DNA from: an uncultured bacterium
GTDB taxonomy: Bacteria; Omnitrophota; Omnitrophia; Omnitrophales; Aquincolibacteriaceae
Assembly: GCA_964434115.1 (NCBI GenBank)
Contig: CAYSSX010000010.1
Span: forward strand, 17,795 to 81,794
Length of the DNA stretch: 64,000 bases
Reading direction: 5' to 3'
Positions 1-9,371 of the stretch are shown here, piece by piece. Each line of letters starts with the position of its first letter. The first letter of the stretch is position 1. The notes under the pieces are model-generated. The model was not told the origin of the DNA, did no database searches, and saw only the letters and a program-made list of their open reading frames with translations. A program made the position numbers and the translations under genes.

Positions 1-2
1 CC

Positions 3-518
3 TCTTTTCAGGAGCGCGCGACCCGGGTGTCGCACCGCAACATGGGTCTCCTTGCGCACAAATGCGGGGGGAAAAAACTGGGGAAAATATGCGCCCTGAT
101 CGCGGGCGATGAAGCCCGCCATGAGCAGGCCTATCAGAATCTCTTCAAGGTTTGTCTGAAAGTCGATCCCAGTGAAGCGCTGGTCGCCATGGCCGATATG
201 CTGCTGTCAAAAGTGGTGATGCCAGCGAGACTCATGGATGACGGCTCTGGCCGTGATTTGTTTTCGGATTATTCGATTGTGGCCCAGAAGCTGGGAATTT
301 ATACGACCCGGGATTATGCGGAAATGCTGCTTTTTCTTGCGGAGACCTGGGAAATTGAGAAATTCAAAAATCTTTCGCCCGAAGCCGCGCAGGCGCAGGA
401 AAAAGTCATGAAGACCGCGGAGAAATACCTCCGCAAATCCGAGAGCCTTTCTGCAGCCATCCAGTCAATTGAAGTCAAACCCTTCTCCTGGGTCACCCCG
501 CAAAAAACCCACGCTTAA
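3..518 (+). CDS. Soluble diiron acyl-ACP desaturase (stearoyl-ACP desaturase family), C-terminal part. The 5' end lies outside the window.
   Basis: The frame is open from nt 3, and the GTG at 27 is only the ORF-caller start. The translation (SFQERATRVSHRN...ICALIAGDEARHEQAY...AMADMLLSKVVMPARLMDDG...DYSIVAQKLGIYT) aligns with the C-terminal half of plant and mycobacterial DesA-type acyl-ACP desaturases (FQERATFISHGNTARLA...IAADEKRHE...). The TAA at 516-518 overlaps the stop of the convergent giant gene. Confidence 0.8.
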   Translation, partial: SFQERATRVSHRNMGLLAHKCGGKKLGKICALIAGDEARHEQAYQNLFKVCLKVDPSEALVAMADMLLSKVVMPARLMDDGSGRDLFSDYSIVAQKLGIYTTRDYAEMLLFLAETWEIEKFKNLSPEAAQAQEKVMKTAEKYLRKSESLSAAIQSIEVKPFSWVTPQKTHA

Positions 519-3500
519 GCAGCCATCTCAATGACCAGGCTCGCCTGATAACGGGCCAGCTCTGTTTTCAGGAAGCCTTCCACCACAGAATAGAATCCGC
601 TTTCCGGGTCTTGATAAACACCGGGCATTTGACCGCCGGATCTCGCCAAGAGGAGTGCCGCAAATAAATCCCGGGACTCCGCGGCAAGAAAGCGAATCAC
701 TTCATCAGAAGCCTGCTCTTTGAGTCTTTCGGCATGCAGGGCAAAATGAACAAGCCTCGGATTCCTATCGCCTGCGGTGCCCCTTTCAAAACCTTTCCCG
801 TAGAGCTGATACGCGCGCTGCAAATCGCCTTCGATCGTAAGAATACCGGCAGCGTCACGAAGCTGCTGCATGCGCGGCGTCATCAAGGCCTCAGGATCAA
901 CACCATAAATAATGACCTTGGTGTTTTTGTCCGACCGGGTTTGGAATCCAAGCGCAAAGACGCTCTCATACAAGGGACTCTCCTGCGAGCGGATTTCTTC
1001 ATAAGAAATAAAAACGCGCGCGGGCAGCTGCGCTGTTTTCTCCAGACTCTCCCGGATTCCTCCGCCCGCACCCAGAAGCCTGAGTTCAGAACGGGAACGA
1101 ACACCCTCAGAGCTGGCCGCGTCTTTTTCCTGTCCCCGGTTTTCTTCGGCCATCCGTTCCGCGATACGGTCAAGGAGAGTGTTCAATTCCGGAACTTTTA
1201 ACGCATAAAGAAAAGACAGCGCGTAATCATCATGAAACCAGCCGAAATGATCCCGGGACCGCTGATCCATGGACTTCGAAGCGTACCGGAAGGATTCCAG
1301 AAGAAAAACATCCAGAAAACTCATGTATCTTTTCTCGCCGAGTGCAAACTGCGGGTTCCGGTTATGGTAGATTTTCAGCGCTTCATACTTCGCATCAAAG
1401 TTTTCAAGCCAATCCTGGGCTTCGGGCTTGATTTGAGCACTCAGGACCTCCGAGATTCTTTTCACATAATCACGGGTCTCTTCAGAGGCTTGGTCTAATC
1501 GGTGCGTCAGCTCCTCGGCAACGCGCTCGACCAAAAGAATCAAAAGCGCCATTCTTTTGTTGCGGAAAGCCTGCACTTCATTGAATTCCTGACCTTGCGG
1601 CATGGCGGGCGGCCCATACTTTTCAAGAGATTCCCAAGGCCGGCTCAAATGCTCCAGCAGAATTTCAGGCGCGATCATCAAACCCGGATCCCAGTTGTTA
1701 AGCTCCACAACACGCCTGCGGTTCACAAAATCAGCGTCCAGCAGAACCGACATCAGCCAATCCGTGAGATCCCCGCTCTTTAGTTTTTTTGCAACAGCAT
1801 CAATCTCAAGCATTTGGTGTTTTTCTTCCGAAGAACTCCTGTTCCAGCTCGAGACGAGCGGGTTTCCCGCATCGCGCGGGGCTTCCCCAGACGTTAAGCC
1901 CTCTTCTTGAACACGCAATTCAGAGCGGGAGTCAGCGCTTATTCTTGCGGATTCAACACGCTCTTTAACCTTGGCAAAAAGCTCTTCCGTACCTTTCTGC
2001 TCCACGCCCCCCCAATAAGTTCGTCCAAAATCCCGCGCCGGAATTCCTTCGGGCGGCTCAGGAGAAAGAGATACGAGCTGGATCCGGCGGTATTTGTCGC
2101 CGGGGAAAGGATAATCGGCCACAATCATGTCATTGCCTTTGTGGATCTTTTCGGTCATGGTTGAACCGTGCACATTCCCTGTGAGTTCGTCGCCGAAGTA
2201 ATACCCAAAACCAAGATCTATCTCCGGGCGCTCAGAGTTTTTCACAGCCTCTTCGGCGTAATGCATCAGGGCTTTGGCCTTGTTCGCATCTGCGGAAAAA
2301 ATATCGATCGAAGATTCACCGCCCACCGACAAGCTGAGATGATTCACAAAATCTTCTCCCAGCCTTTGCGCAAGGAGTTCCTTTAACCGGTCAATGATCG
2401 CGGGGCGGATTTCCGGGGGAAGTTTGGTGATGGTGATGGAGGTCGTTTCCGTGTCCGTGACCTGGCTCCCGCGAAGCTGAATGTAAGGCCCTTGCACGGT
2501 CATGGCCTTGTTTCCAAGATCATCAAAATGAACGCGTCCGGGCTGATAGGCTTCCGGGTTTTCCGCCCAGGGCAATTCATAAATAAGCCCGGGATTCTTG
2601 GATGCATCCTTGATGTACGCCGCACGCAGGGTTTCAATGCCCTCGGCATCAAGGCCAAACTTCTTCTTCCCAAACTCCACAAGCACATCATGAATGGTTT
2701 GTTCCACAACAGGCCGGGAAATACGAAGCTTGGCTTCGTAATCGGAATGTTCCACAGCGTTCCCTTTTTCATCAAACGTCACAAACACGGTTCCCGAGGC
2801 CGAGTAAACAGAGAATGAAATTCCTGAAAGAAGTTCCAGCTTCCCCTGTGCTGTTAAATAATCCTTGAGAGGATTTAAAACCTGGTCCATCACGTCTTTC
2901 ATCGGGTTTCCGGAGTTGATCACAAGCCGGACTTTCTCTTCCAGCATCCAGGCGAGTAACTGGATCATCCCCTCCGCGGCGGGCTTTCTCCGGGCTGCGA
3001 GTGTCTTCTGCATATCAAACATAAAAAATCCGCGTTCACGGATGGCATCCCAATTCGCTGAAATCTGGCGGACAAGTTCTTCCTGGGTTCCAATTTTTCT
3101 TTCCGGCGCGGCGGCTGTTTCAATCTTTGCAAAAACCAGGGCTCCGGTCGAAGAAGGATAGGGGCGGGCACTTGCCGCTGAAACAGAACTGACGCCGTCC
3201 TTCCATTTTCTCTGCATGGCATCACGGCTGTTGGCTAAAAGAAAAACTTCCCTCAGAGGGTCTTCCTCTGCCGATTTCCCAAGGGCCTTCATTTTTTCAC
3301 TGTAAAGCCTCTGAACTTCGGCCCCGAGTTCCTGAGCAGCGGTTCCCTTGCCCTCAAATTTATCGCCGATGATCACAAAAGCAACGGCCTTGCCCTCCCG
3401 GGTGATGCCAACAAGATCATGCGGATACGGATACCGTTTCAAATGAATGGAAAGTTTCCCGCCTTCAATAAAGTATTCACCTGAGGCAAGCTGTTCAAGG

Positions 3501-6500
3501 GGCCTGGGCGTTACTTTGACATATTTGCGGAACGGGTTTTCCAGGGCGTCCCGCTCAAGCTCTTCCTGGGTGTGGGCCTGAAGGTACGGCGAAAGATCAA
3601 TCGTCATGCGGCCGTCCTGCCGGATCACTTCTTTAAAACTCTCACGGTTCTCGTCACGCAGACGGACAAGCTCCTGCTGGGCCAGAGATTCCTTATAAAC
3701 ATAGGAATCAACCTGTCCCTTATCGTCCCGATGCGTTTCAATAAACTGGGGGAAAAGATAGACCTGAAAAATATCCTCAAATTGATGCGCGATGTTTTCA
3801 AAAGGTTCAGCCTGCCCTTCGTGCAAAACGCGCTGTCCAAAAAAGGCCTGCTGAATTTCAGAAGCAATATCCGTCTTCGTCAAATCCGAAGTTCTATAAA
3901 CCTTCACGGCGCCGTTTTCACCCGCGCCTTCTTCAAAAGAAAGCTCTTCGGAAGACGGCGCACGGCTTTTATCCTTCCAATTCACAAACATGCTGTAATT
4001 TCTTTGGTTAAGAGGCTCGCCTTCCCGGTGGTAGAGCCTTTTCGAAGCCCCGTCATAGAGAACAAACCAGTCCACATAATAAAGATTGTGATAGGAGTAA
4101 ATGTCCGCTTCACGGTAACCCAAAGGCCCAAGCTCAGCTTCAAGTTCTTCCCAAGGCTTATTGACTCTTCTTCCCAAGGGATCATTCTCTTCCCCGCCCA
4201 TCGCGCGCTCAAAAAGTTCACCATCCCAGTAACTTTTCCTGTTCACATGATCAAAACGGAAATGTCCGCTTGCGGTTTCATTAAACAAAATTCTCACATC
4301 ATTCTTTTGAAGATCGTAAACCTCCACAACGTGCGGTGAAGCCGGTTCAGCGGCGCGCAGTTCAGAACGCTCAACGTTCTGAACGCCTTGCTGTGCTAAC
4401 GCATTAGCGGTGGTGCGCAGTTCGGATCTTGCCGTGACCATCTTCACCCGCGGGCGCCCTTCAAGGAGAAGGCGTTTATCTTCCTGCATGCGCTCATACA
4501 TTTTGCGTGAGGGGTAAAGCTGAGTGGGACTGGGAATCCATTTCCGGACATCTCCCTTGAGGAGAAGCGCTGTCACCGCGCGCTGCATCAAGGCCTGCCC
4601 TTGATAGGCAGGAAAAACATCCGTCCGCGTGACAAAATAACTTTGATCCTTGCTCTCGCCCTTCCGGAAGGGGCCATCACCCAGTCCCTCAAGAAACGTT
4701 TCAGCGTCCTGTAAAGTCACAAACCCCATGGCGACTGGATGATCCGGGTCATTGCTCAAAATCACAAGGTGACTGTTCTTATTTCCAGCCGGGGAGGCGG
4801 CCGTGTAAGCATTCAAAAGCACCACCCGGAAAGGACCGGGCGCTGCGAGGGGCGCTTTTTCTTGAAGCAGGCGGAGAGTCTCCCTGTCAATGTCTTCCAT
4901 GTCCGCATACGAATGGTCGGCCAGAATCTCGTAATACCCGTAGCGATGCAAAAAAACCTCGTCATGGAGAAACCGGATCAACTCCCCCGGGACGGAGGCA
5001 TCGGGATTTCCCGCAGTACGAAGCTCGGAACGGTTCCGGATGACCTCACCAAGAGCTTCCCAGAGGGCCCCGAATTCCGGATCCTGATTGTCGACGCGAA
5101 GGCTTTCAAGGGTGGGATACTCCGCCCGGGGGTGAAAGACCTGCCCGTCATCTCTTGTAAAAGTCTGCGGCAGGGTGTCCTCAAGCCTTAAAAGCTTCAC
5201 AAGAAATGCAGTCCCGCGGGCTGAGGCCGTCATCGCAAGAAACCGCTCGGAGCTTTGGTTCAGATCATGAAAGTAACTCTTTAAAAATACTTCCGAGAGA
5301 TTTTCTTTACCGAGATTTGTGAGACGCACAATCACATCCGCAAGATCCAGGAACCTGTAGGCCCTCTCTTCCTCAGGGGTCATTTCCGGTGTTTTCATCT
5401 TTGTGGTATTGAGGTCTCTGAAAATAATTTCAAAGCGGCCTCTCAAAACTTCTATCCCCATGTTCGCCGGATGCGGAAAGCCGTGATAAAACCCTGCCTC
5501 ATGATAATTTCGAAGCGCCCGTCCAATCGCCTGATAAAGAACCTCTTCGGAGCCTTCGTCCATTTCACCTCCGCTTCGGGCCTGAACGGGCGCAACGGCC
5601 AGCGTCACGCCAGAACCTTCGCGCTGGCCAACCGAAGTCACGCGCCAATCGTCTCCGGTGAGACCCGCGATCACAAACCCCGCGGAATTTTCCTGGAAAG
5701 TCATCCCCGGAAAAGTGCCCCAGGCCACGGCATAATCCGTTCGGAACTGCAGCGTTTCACGGGCACGCATCATCACGGAGAATTCGGTCCGCGCATCTTT
5801 CTCCCGCATGCCTCCGGCCAGGGCCGTTTCTGCCGGAACAGCGTTCAGAACACCGCCCCGGTCAGGCACAAGGTAGCGGCGGACGCTCCCCTGTCCGGTA
5901 TAAGGCTGCACACCACCCGCCTCCGTCAGAATAGGCTTAACGCCTTTGAGACGGAGCTGCGTGATTTGAACTTTTTCCTGACTACCGCTTTTCGGGGACA
6001 CTTCCACCGGGGTTTCAAGACGCAGGTAAACACTGCGTCCTTCCTCGCTGAAATCCCCGTCTTCGTTTTTAAAATAAATCCTTCCCGAGCTTTCCCCCGC
6101 CATCCGGCGGACGTCCTCACGGCTTCCCGAAAGCAGTTTCATTAATACTTCCCGGTCATTCCGCCCGAGCTTGGCAAAAAAGCCCTGGTCTTTTTCCACA
6201 GTCACAACACCTGCCGGATCTTCCCATTCTTCACCGTCCCCAGCTGTCCTCAACTCCGAGCGCTGCATAAACTCGCGCTCGCGGCTGTTCATCACACGCA
6301 GGACTCTTCCGTAAACCTGTTCAAGCTGTTTTCTGATCTCCCCGATTTCTTCATAGTGCCGGGCTGTAAATTGCTTCGCGGCCGCGGAATTCACGGCCCC
6401 GGAACCAATCCGGTTTGCGGCATTGTGCCCGTAAATCAAAGGCTTCACACCTTCCCCGACCTCCGAATAATCGTTGAGCGGGCGGTTCGTCAAATCCTCC

Positions 6501-8914
6501 AGCACCTTGGTGCTTACCCACAAGTCATCCGCCACATCCCTTAACATCGAGTAAGTGACGCTGCGCGGAGAAAAGAGCAGAATGGTCAAAAGATTATTCA
6601 GGCCATGCTCTGTGTTTTCCCTGAAATAAAATAATTTTCGAGCCGGAGAGCCTGACGGCTCCTTTTCGGATGTGATCGAACTGAGTTTCGTCCTTTTCAC
6701 CCATTCCGGGTCAAAATCATACTTGGCAATGGAGTCCCGTATGTTCGTAAGCGCCTCCCCGATTTTCAAAATCTCGGAAGTGCGGGCTTCCTCTTCCCCT
6801 GTTTCGGGATTCTCTTTCAAAAGACTCCGCTCAAGCCCTGTCGTAAGCGGGTAAACAAATTGTTCCCCAACCTCCGAAGGGCCATAACTTTCAAACCCCG
6901 CTTTTTCAAGCGCCCGGGAAGCCACCGTAAAAGAGACTTGATGGAAATTGGCAAAATAAGGAAGCCCGACAACTTTCCGCTCACGCGCCAGACGAAGCGC
7001 ATGAATTTCAACAGCTGAAATCGGCGGTTCGGATAATTTCTCAGGGGCGCTGCTGTATTCCGCACGGAGCTCGGAACGGATTTCGACTAGATAGGCCTGA
7101 ATCGAAGCAATGTTCTCACGCGCGGGATCAAAAAGAATGTCGGCCGGAATCTCAGACTCTATGGACTTAAGCGTTCTTGAAAGAGTTCCATAATCCCTGT
7201 CACCTGCCAGCTGCCGGACAAAATCAAGACGTTCCTGTATTGTTTGGAGAATCTGAACGTACCCCATCTTTCGGACCCGCTCGATGCTCAGGCGATTTCC
7301 GGCCAGACTATTCACAAGTTCTGAGAAAAGTTCTGAAAAGCGCCCGTAAATTTCATCCTCTTGTTGCAGCGGGTCAACCTCGGCAAAATCGTCACTGCGC
7401 AGTTCCGGTCTCGATGAAAGAAGTAAATCCATTTCCGCCAGCACTTCGGCAGAATCCCCGGCCTTCACCTGTTTCGCGGCAGTTTCAACCCGCGTAATAA
7501 GCCCGCGAAGATTTGCCGATTGTTCGGGGTGTAAAACAGGAAACTCCATGGCCCGGGGCGCCACAGAGGCTCTTGCTGCGGCTTCGGGAAGAGAGAGGTT
7601 CCGGTACCCCTGCCGCATCAGCTGCTGGTAGTAGTCTTGATGCTTCCGGCTCACCCCTGTCATGCGGGGAGAAATCACATAGCAGGCATCGCCGCTCCGC
7701 TGAAGCATGGCCTTGATGCTGTCTTTATGAAACCCTCCGAAAACAAGCGCGGAGGCCGCGGGAGCGTACTTCAAAACTTTTTCGATTTTCTTGTCACGCG
7801 CCTGGGCAAGCGTGTAGAAACGGACCGCCTTGCGGATGTTCTTTTCCCACTGCCGGGAAAGCACCAGGGATTGTCCGGATTCTCGAACCAGAAATTTCGC
7901 AAGATGGCGTGTATCAAAATCTTTCAGGGTTCCCTGAAGTGCTTCGTACTCCGCTGAGGACACTTTCATTTCACTAAGGCGCCGCAAAAGCTCAATATTT
8001 TGGGTATAACTAAAAATCCTTAAGCTGTCTTCGCCCTTTAAGAATCTTCCGGCCGTGTTTTTTTCAAGCTTCTGAATCTCGGTGTAAACTCCCTTGGCAT
8101 CAATCGTCTCAACGCCCGGGGTTTCCGGCTTTTCCTCCTTCAGGGCAAGAAGCATCTTAAGCATCGGATATTCCCCCGCGTCTTCGGACTTGTCACCGGA
8201 ATGACCCAAGTCAAAAACACGCTTCACGTAATCCAGAAGCTCGATCTCACCTTCATCCAATCTCTTTTTGAGTTTCATCCACTCTTTAAGTTCATTCGGG
8301 AAAGTCCTGTCCGCGAGTTTTCTGACCTCAGAACTTAAAACCGCCAGATCGCGCTGAGTTTCCTCTTTTTGAGAAACCGATTGCTGAAAGGCCCGGATGT
8401 TTTCAAAGTGCAGCGCGATGCTGTCCGCGCCGATGAGATCGAAATTTTTTTTGCGGTTGATGTGCGCGTATTCTGCGCCGCCGAGCCTCAGCTTATCCAT
8501 CAAGTAGTAAGAGACTTTTTCACGCAGCGCAGAGTCTTGAATCCCTCCGAAATAATCATCGCTCGGAACAAGCCCTTCGTAACCTTCTTCAAAAACAGTT
8601 TTGATCCCTTGGGTTTCCATCAAAAAATTGAGGATTTTCGCGATATTTTCCTGGGCTTCCAGGGAGTCGTGGGCGTCCTGAAGGTAAAAAATGATTTTGC
8701 CGGAGCGGCCGGGATGAAACTCTTCAACCGTCCCCAGAGTTTCCGGGAGGTTCAAAGCCGTCTTGCCCTGGGACGCGGCGGGCGGCACAAAAATAGCGGA
8801 GTCGCCGGGACCGGGGTCCGCATAAACCCGGGGATCTGAAAACGGCAGACTAAGGCAAAGAAAAAGCGCCGTAAGCCGTATCAACAAGTGAAGTTCAGGG
8901 GATCTTTTTTGCAA
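515..8914 (-). CDS. Giant exported multidomain protein, 2799 aa, paralog of the 6161-aa ORF. It has a signal peptide, a shared N-terminal domain of about 400 aa, and 6 RSELR punctuation motifs.
   Basis: Single uninterrupted ORF with a TTG start at 8914-8912. The N-terminus MQKRSPELHLLIRLTALFLCLSLPFSDPRVYA-DPG reads as a Sec signal peptide. Residues ~60-420 (IFYLQDAHDSLEAQENIA...KTVFEEGYEG...GGAEYAHINRK...FGGFHK) are ~50% identical to the corresponding region of ORF 28725..47210. Exact RSELR motifs sit at nt 7064-7078, 5018-5032, 4415-4429, 4355-4369, 1913-1927 and 1079-1093. Confidence 0.8.
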   Translation of the reverse strand: MQKRSPELHLLIRLTALFLCLSLPFSDPRVYADPGPGDSAIFVPPAASQGKTALNLPETLGTVEEFHPGRSGKIIFYLQDAHDSLEAQENIAKILNFLMETQGIKTVFEEGYEGLVPSDDYFGGIQDSALREKVSYYLMDKLRLGGAEYAHINRKKNFDLIGADSIALHFENIRAFQQSVSQKEETQRDLAVLSSEVRKLADRTFPNELKEWMKLKKRLDEGEIELLDYVKRVFDLGHSGDKSEDAGEYPMLKMLLALKEEKPETPGVETIDAKGVYTEIQKLEKNTAGRFLKGEDSLRIFSYTQNIELLRRLSEMKVSSAEYEALQGTLKDFDTRHLAKFLVRESGQSLVLSRQWEKNIRKAVRFYTLAQARDKKIEKVLKYAPAASALVFGGFHKDSIKAMLQRSGDACYVISPRMTGVSRKHQDYYQQLMRQGYRNLSLPEAAARASVAPRAMEFPVLHPEQSANLRGLITRVETAAKQVKAGDSAEVLAEMDLLLSSRPELRSDDFAEVDPLQQEDEIYGRFSELFSELVNSLAGNRLSIERVRKMGYVQILQTIQERLDFVRQLAGDRDYGTLSRTLKSIESEIPADILFDPARENIASIQAYLVEIRSELRAEYSSAPEKLSEPPISAVEIHALRLARERKVVGLPYFANFHQVSFTVASRALEKAGFESYGPSEVGEQFVYPLTTGLERSLLKENPETGEEEARTSEILKIGEALTNIRDSIAKYDFDPEWVKRTKLSSITSEKEPSGSPARKLFYFRENTEHGLNNLLTILLFSPRSVTYSMLRDVADDLWVSTKVLEDLTNRPLNDYSEVGEGVKPLIYGHNAANRIGSGAVNSAAAKQFTARHYEEIGEIRKQLEQVYGRVLRVMNSREREFMQRSELRTAGDGEEWEDPAGVVTVEKDQGFFAKLGRNDREVLMKLLSGSREDVRRMAGESSGRIYFKNEDGDFSEEGRSVYLRLETPVEVSPKSGSQEKVQITQLRLKGVKPILTEAGGVQPYTGQGSVRRYLVPDRGGVLNAVPAETALAGGMREKDARTEFSVMMRARETLQFRTDYAVAWGTFPGMTFQENSAGFVIAGLTGDDWRVTSVGQREGSGVTLAVAPVQARSGGEMDEGSEEVLYQAIGRALRNYHEAGFYHGFPHPANMGIEVLRGRFEIIFRDLNTTKMKTPEMTPEEERAYRFLDLADVIVRLTNLGKENLSEVFLKSYFHDLNQSSERFLAMTASARGTAFLVKLLRLEDTLPQTFTRDDGQVFHPRAEYPTLESLRVDNQDPEFGALWEALGEVIRNRSELRTAGNPDASVPGELIRFLHDEVFLHRYGYYEILADHSYADMEDIDRETLRLLQEKAPLAAPGPFRVVLLNAYTAASPAGNKNSHLVILSNDPDHPVAMGFVTLQDAETFLEGLGDGPFRKGESKDQSYFVTRTDVFPAYQGQALMQRAVTALLLKGDVRKWIPSPTQLYPSRKMYERMQEDKRLLLEGRPRVKMVTARSELRTTANALAQQGVQNVERSELRAAEPASPHVVEVYDLQKNDVRILFNETASGHFRFDHVNRKSYWDGELFERAMGGEENDPLGRRVNKPWEELEAELGPLGYREADIYSYHNLYYVDWFVLYDGASKRLYHREGEPLNQRNYSMFVNWKDKSRAPSSEELSFEEGAGENGAVKVYRTSDLTKTDIASEIQQAFFGQRVLHEGQAEPFENIAHQFEDIFQVYLFPQFIETHRDDKGQVDSYVYKESLAQQELVRLRDENRESFKEVIRQDGRMTIDLSPYLQAHTQEELERDALENPFRKYVKVTPRPLEQLASGEYFIEGGKLSIHLKRYPYPHDLVGITREGKAVAFVIIGDKFEGKGTAAQELGAEVQRLYSEKMKALGKSAEEDPLREVFLLANSRDAMQRKWKDGVSSVSAASARPYPSSTGALVFAKIETAAAPERKIGTQEELVRQISANWDAIRERGFFMFDMQKTLAARRKPAAEGMIQLLAWMLEEKVRLVINSGNPMKDVMDQVLNPLKDYLTAQGKLELLSGISFSVYSASGTVFVTFDEKGNAVEHSDYEAKLRISRPVVEQTIHDVLVEFGKKKFGLDAEGIETLRAAYIKDASKNPGLIYELPWAENPEAYQPGRVHFDDLGNKAMTVQGPYIQLRGSQVTDTETTSITITKLPPEIRPAIIDRLKELLAQRLGEDFVNHLSLSVGGESSIDIFSADANKAKALMHYAEEAVKNSERPEIDLGFGYYFGDELTGNVHGSTMTEKIHKGNDMIVADYPFPGDKYRRIQLVSLSPEPPEGIPARDFGRTYWGGVEQKGTEELFAKVKERVESARISADSRSELRVQEEGLTSGEAPRDAGNPLVSSWNRSSSEEKHQMLEIDAVAKKLKSGDLTDWLMSVLLDADFVNRRRVVELNNWDPGLMIAPEILLEHLSRPWESLEKYGPPAMPQGQEFNEVQAFRNKRMALLILLVERVAEELTHRLDQASEETRDYVKRISEVLSAQIKPEAQDWLENFDAKYEALKIYHNRNPQFALGEKRYMSFLDVFLLESFRYASKSMDQRSRDHFGWFHDDYALSFLYALKVPELNTLLDRIAERMAEENRGQEKDAASSEGVRSRSELRLLGAGGGIRESLEKTAQLPARVFISYEEIRSQESPLYESVFALGFQTRSDKNTKVIIYGVDPEALMTPRMQQLRDAAGILTIEGDLQRAYQLYGKGFERGTAGDRNPRLVHFALHAERLKEQASDEVIRFLAAESRDLFAALLLARSGGQMPGVYQDPESGFYSVVEGFLKTELARYQASLVIEMAA

Positions 8915-9101
8915 CTTTTTCCTCGCTTATTTAAAGAAGCTCTGGCCGTGCGTCGGTAAAGATTGCCCGACGAACCGCTTTCCTTCAAATCGGGCGAAAA
9001 CCTGTTTAGCCATTGCTTAAGGATGCTAACAAATGATAGCAGGGAAAACCTCAGGAAAAGCCGTTCAGAGCACAAGCGGACTTATGTTATGATCTCGCCT
9101 T

Positions 9102-9371
9102 ATGACTGATGACCCTTTTGGAAACGAAGAGCTTCAATTTCCGCTCGACTGCCAATTCAGAATCATTGCCGAGAACCGCGAAGGCATGCATTTTGTCATC
9201 GAGACAATCTTAATCGAACAGGGCGTCACGGCACCGCTTGAGCCGCAGAATCTGTCCCACGGGGGTAAATATCAATCCTACCTGGTGATGGTCCGCGTCG
9301 AATCCAGGGATCACATGGGCCGGATTGATGCCGCGCTTCGGAACATCACCGGCGTCAAGATGGTTCTTTGA
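9102..9371 (+). CDS. YbeD/UPF0250 (DUF493) family small protein
   Basis: 89 aa. The sequence ...FPLDCQFRIIAEN...YQSYLVMVRVESRDHMGRIDAALRNITGVKMVL is typical of DUF493. Its stop overlaps the next start (ATGA at 9368-9371). Confidence 0.55.
   Translation: MTDDPFGNEELQFPLDCQFRIIAENREGMHFVIETILIEQGVTAPLEPQNLSHGGKYQSYLVMVRVESRDHMGRIDAALRNITGVKMVL

Noticed and set aside
3572-4339. 255-aa plus-strand ORF, and many other 60-250 aa ORFs, lying antisense inside the giant genes. Further examples are 5471..6145, 30876..31289, 40977..41471, 42444..42968 and 44469..44909.
   Set aside because: These are shadow ORFs on the opposite strand of clearly coding sequence. They have low-complexity or Arg/Pro-rich translations and no RBS.
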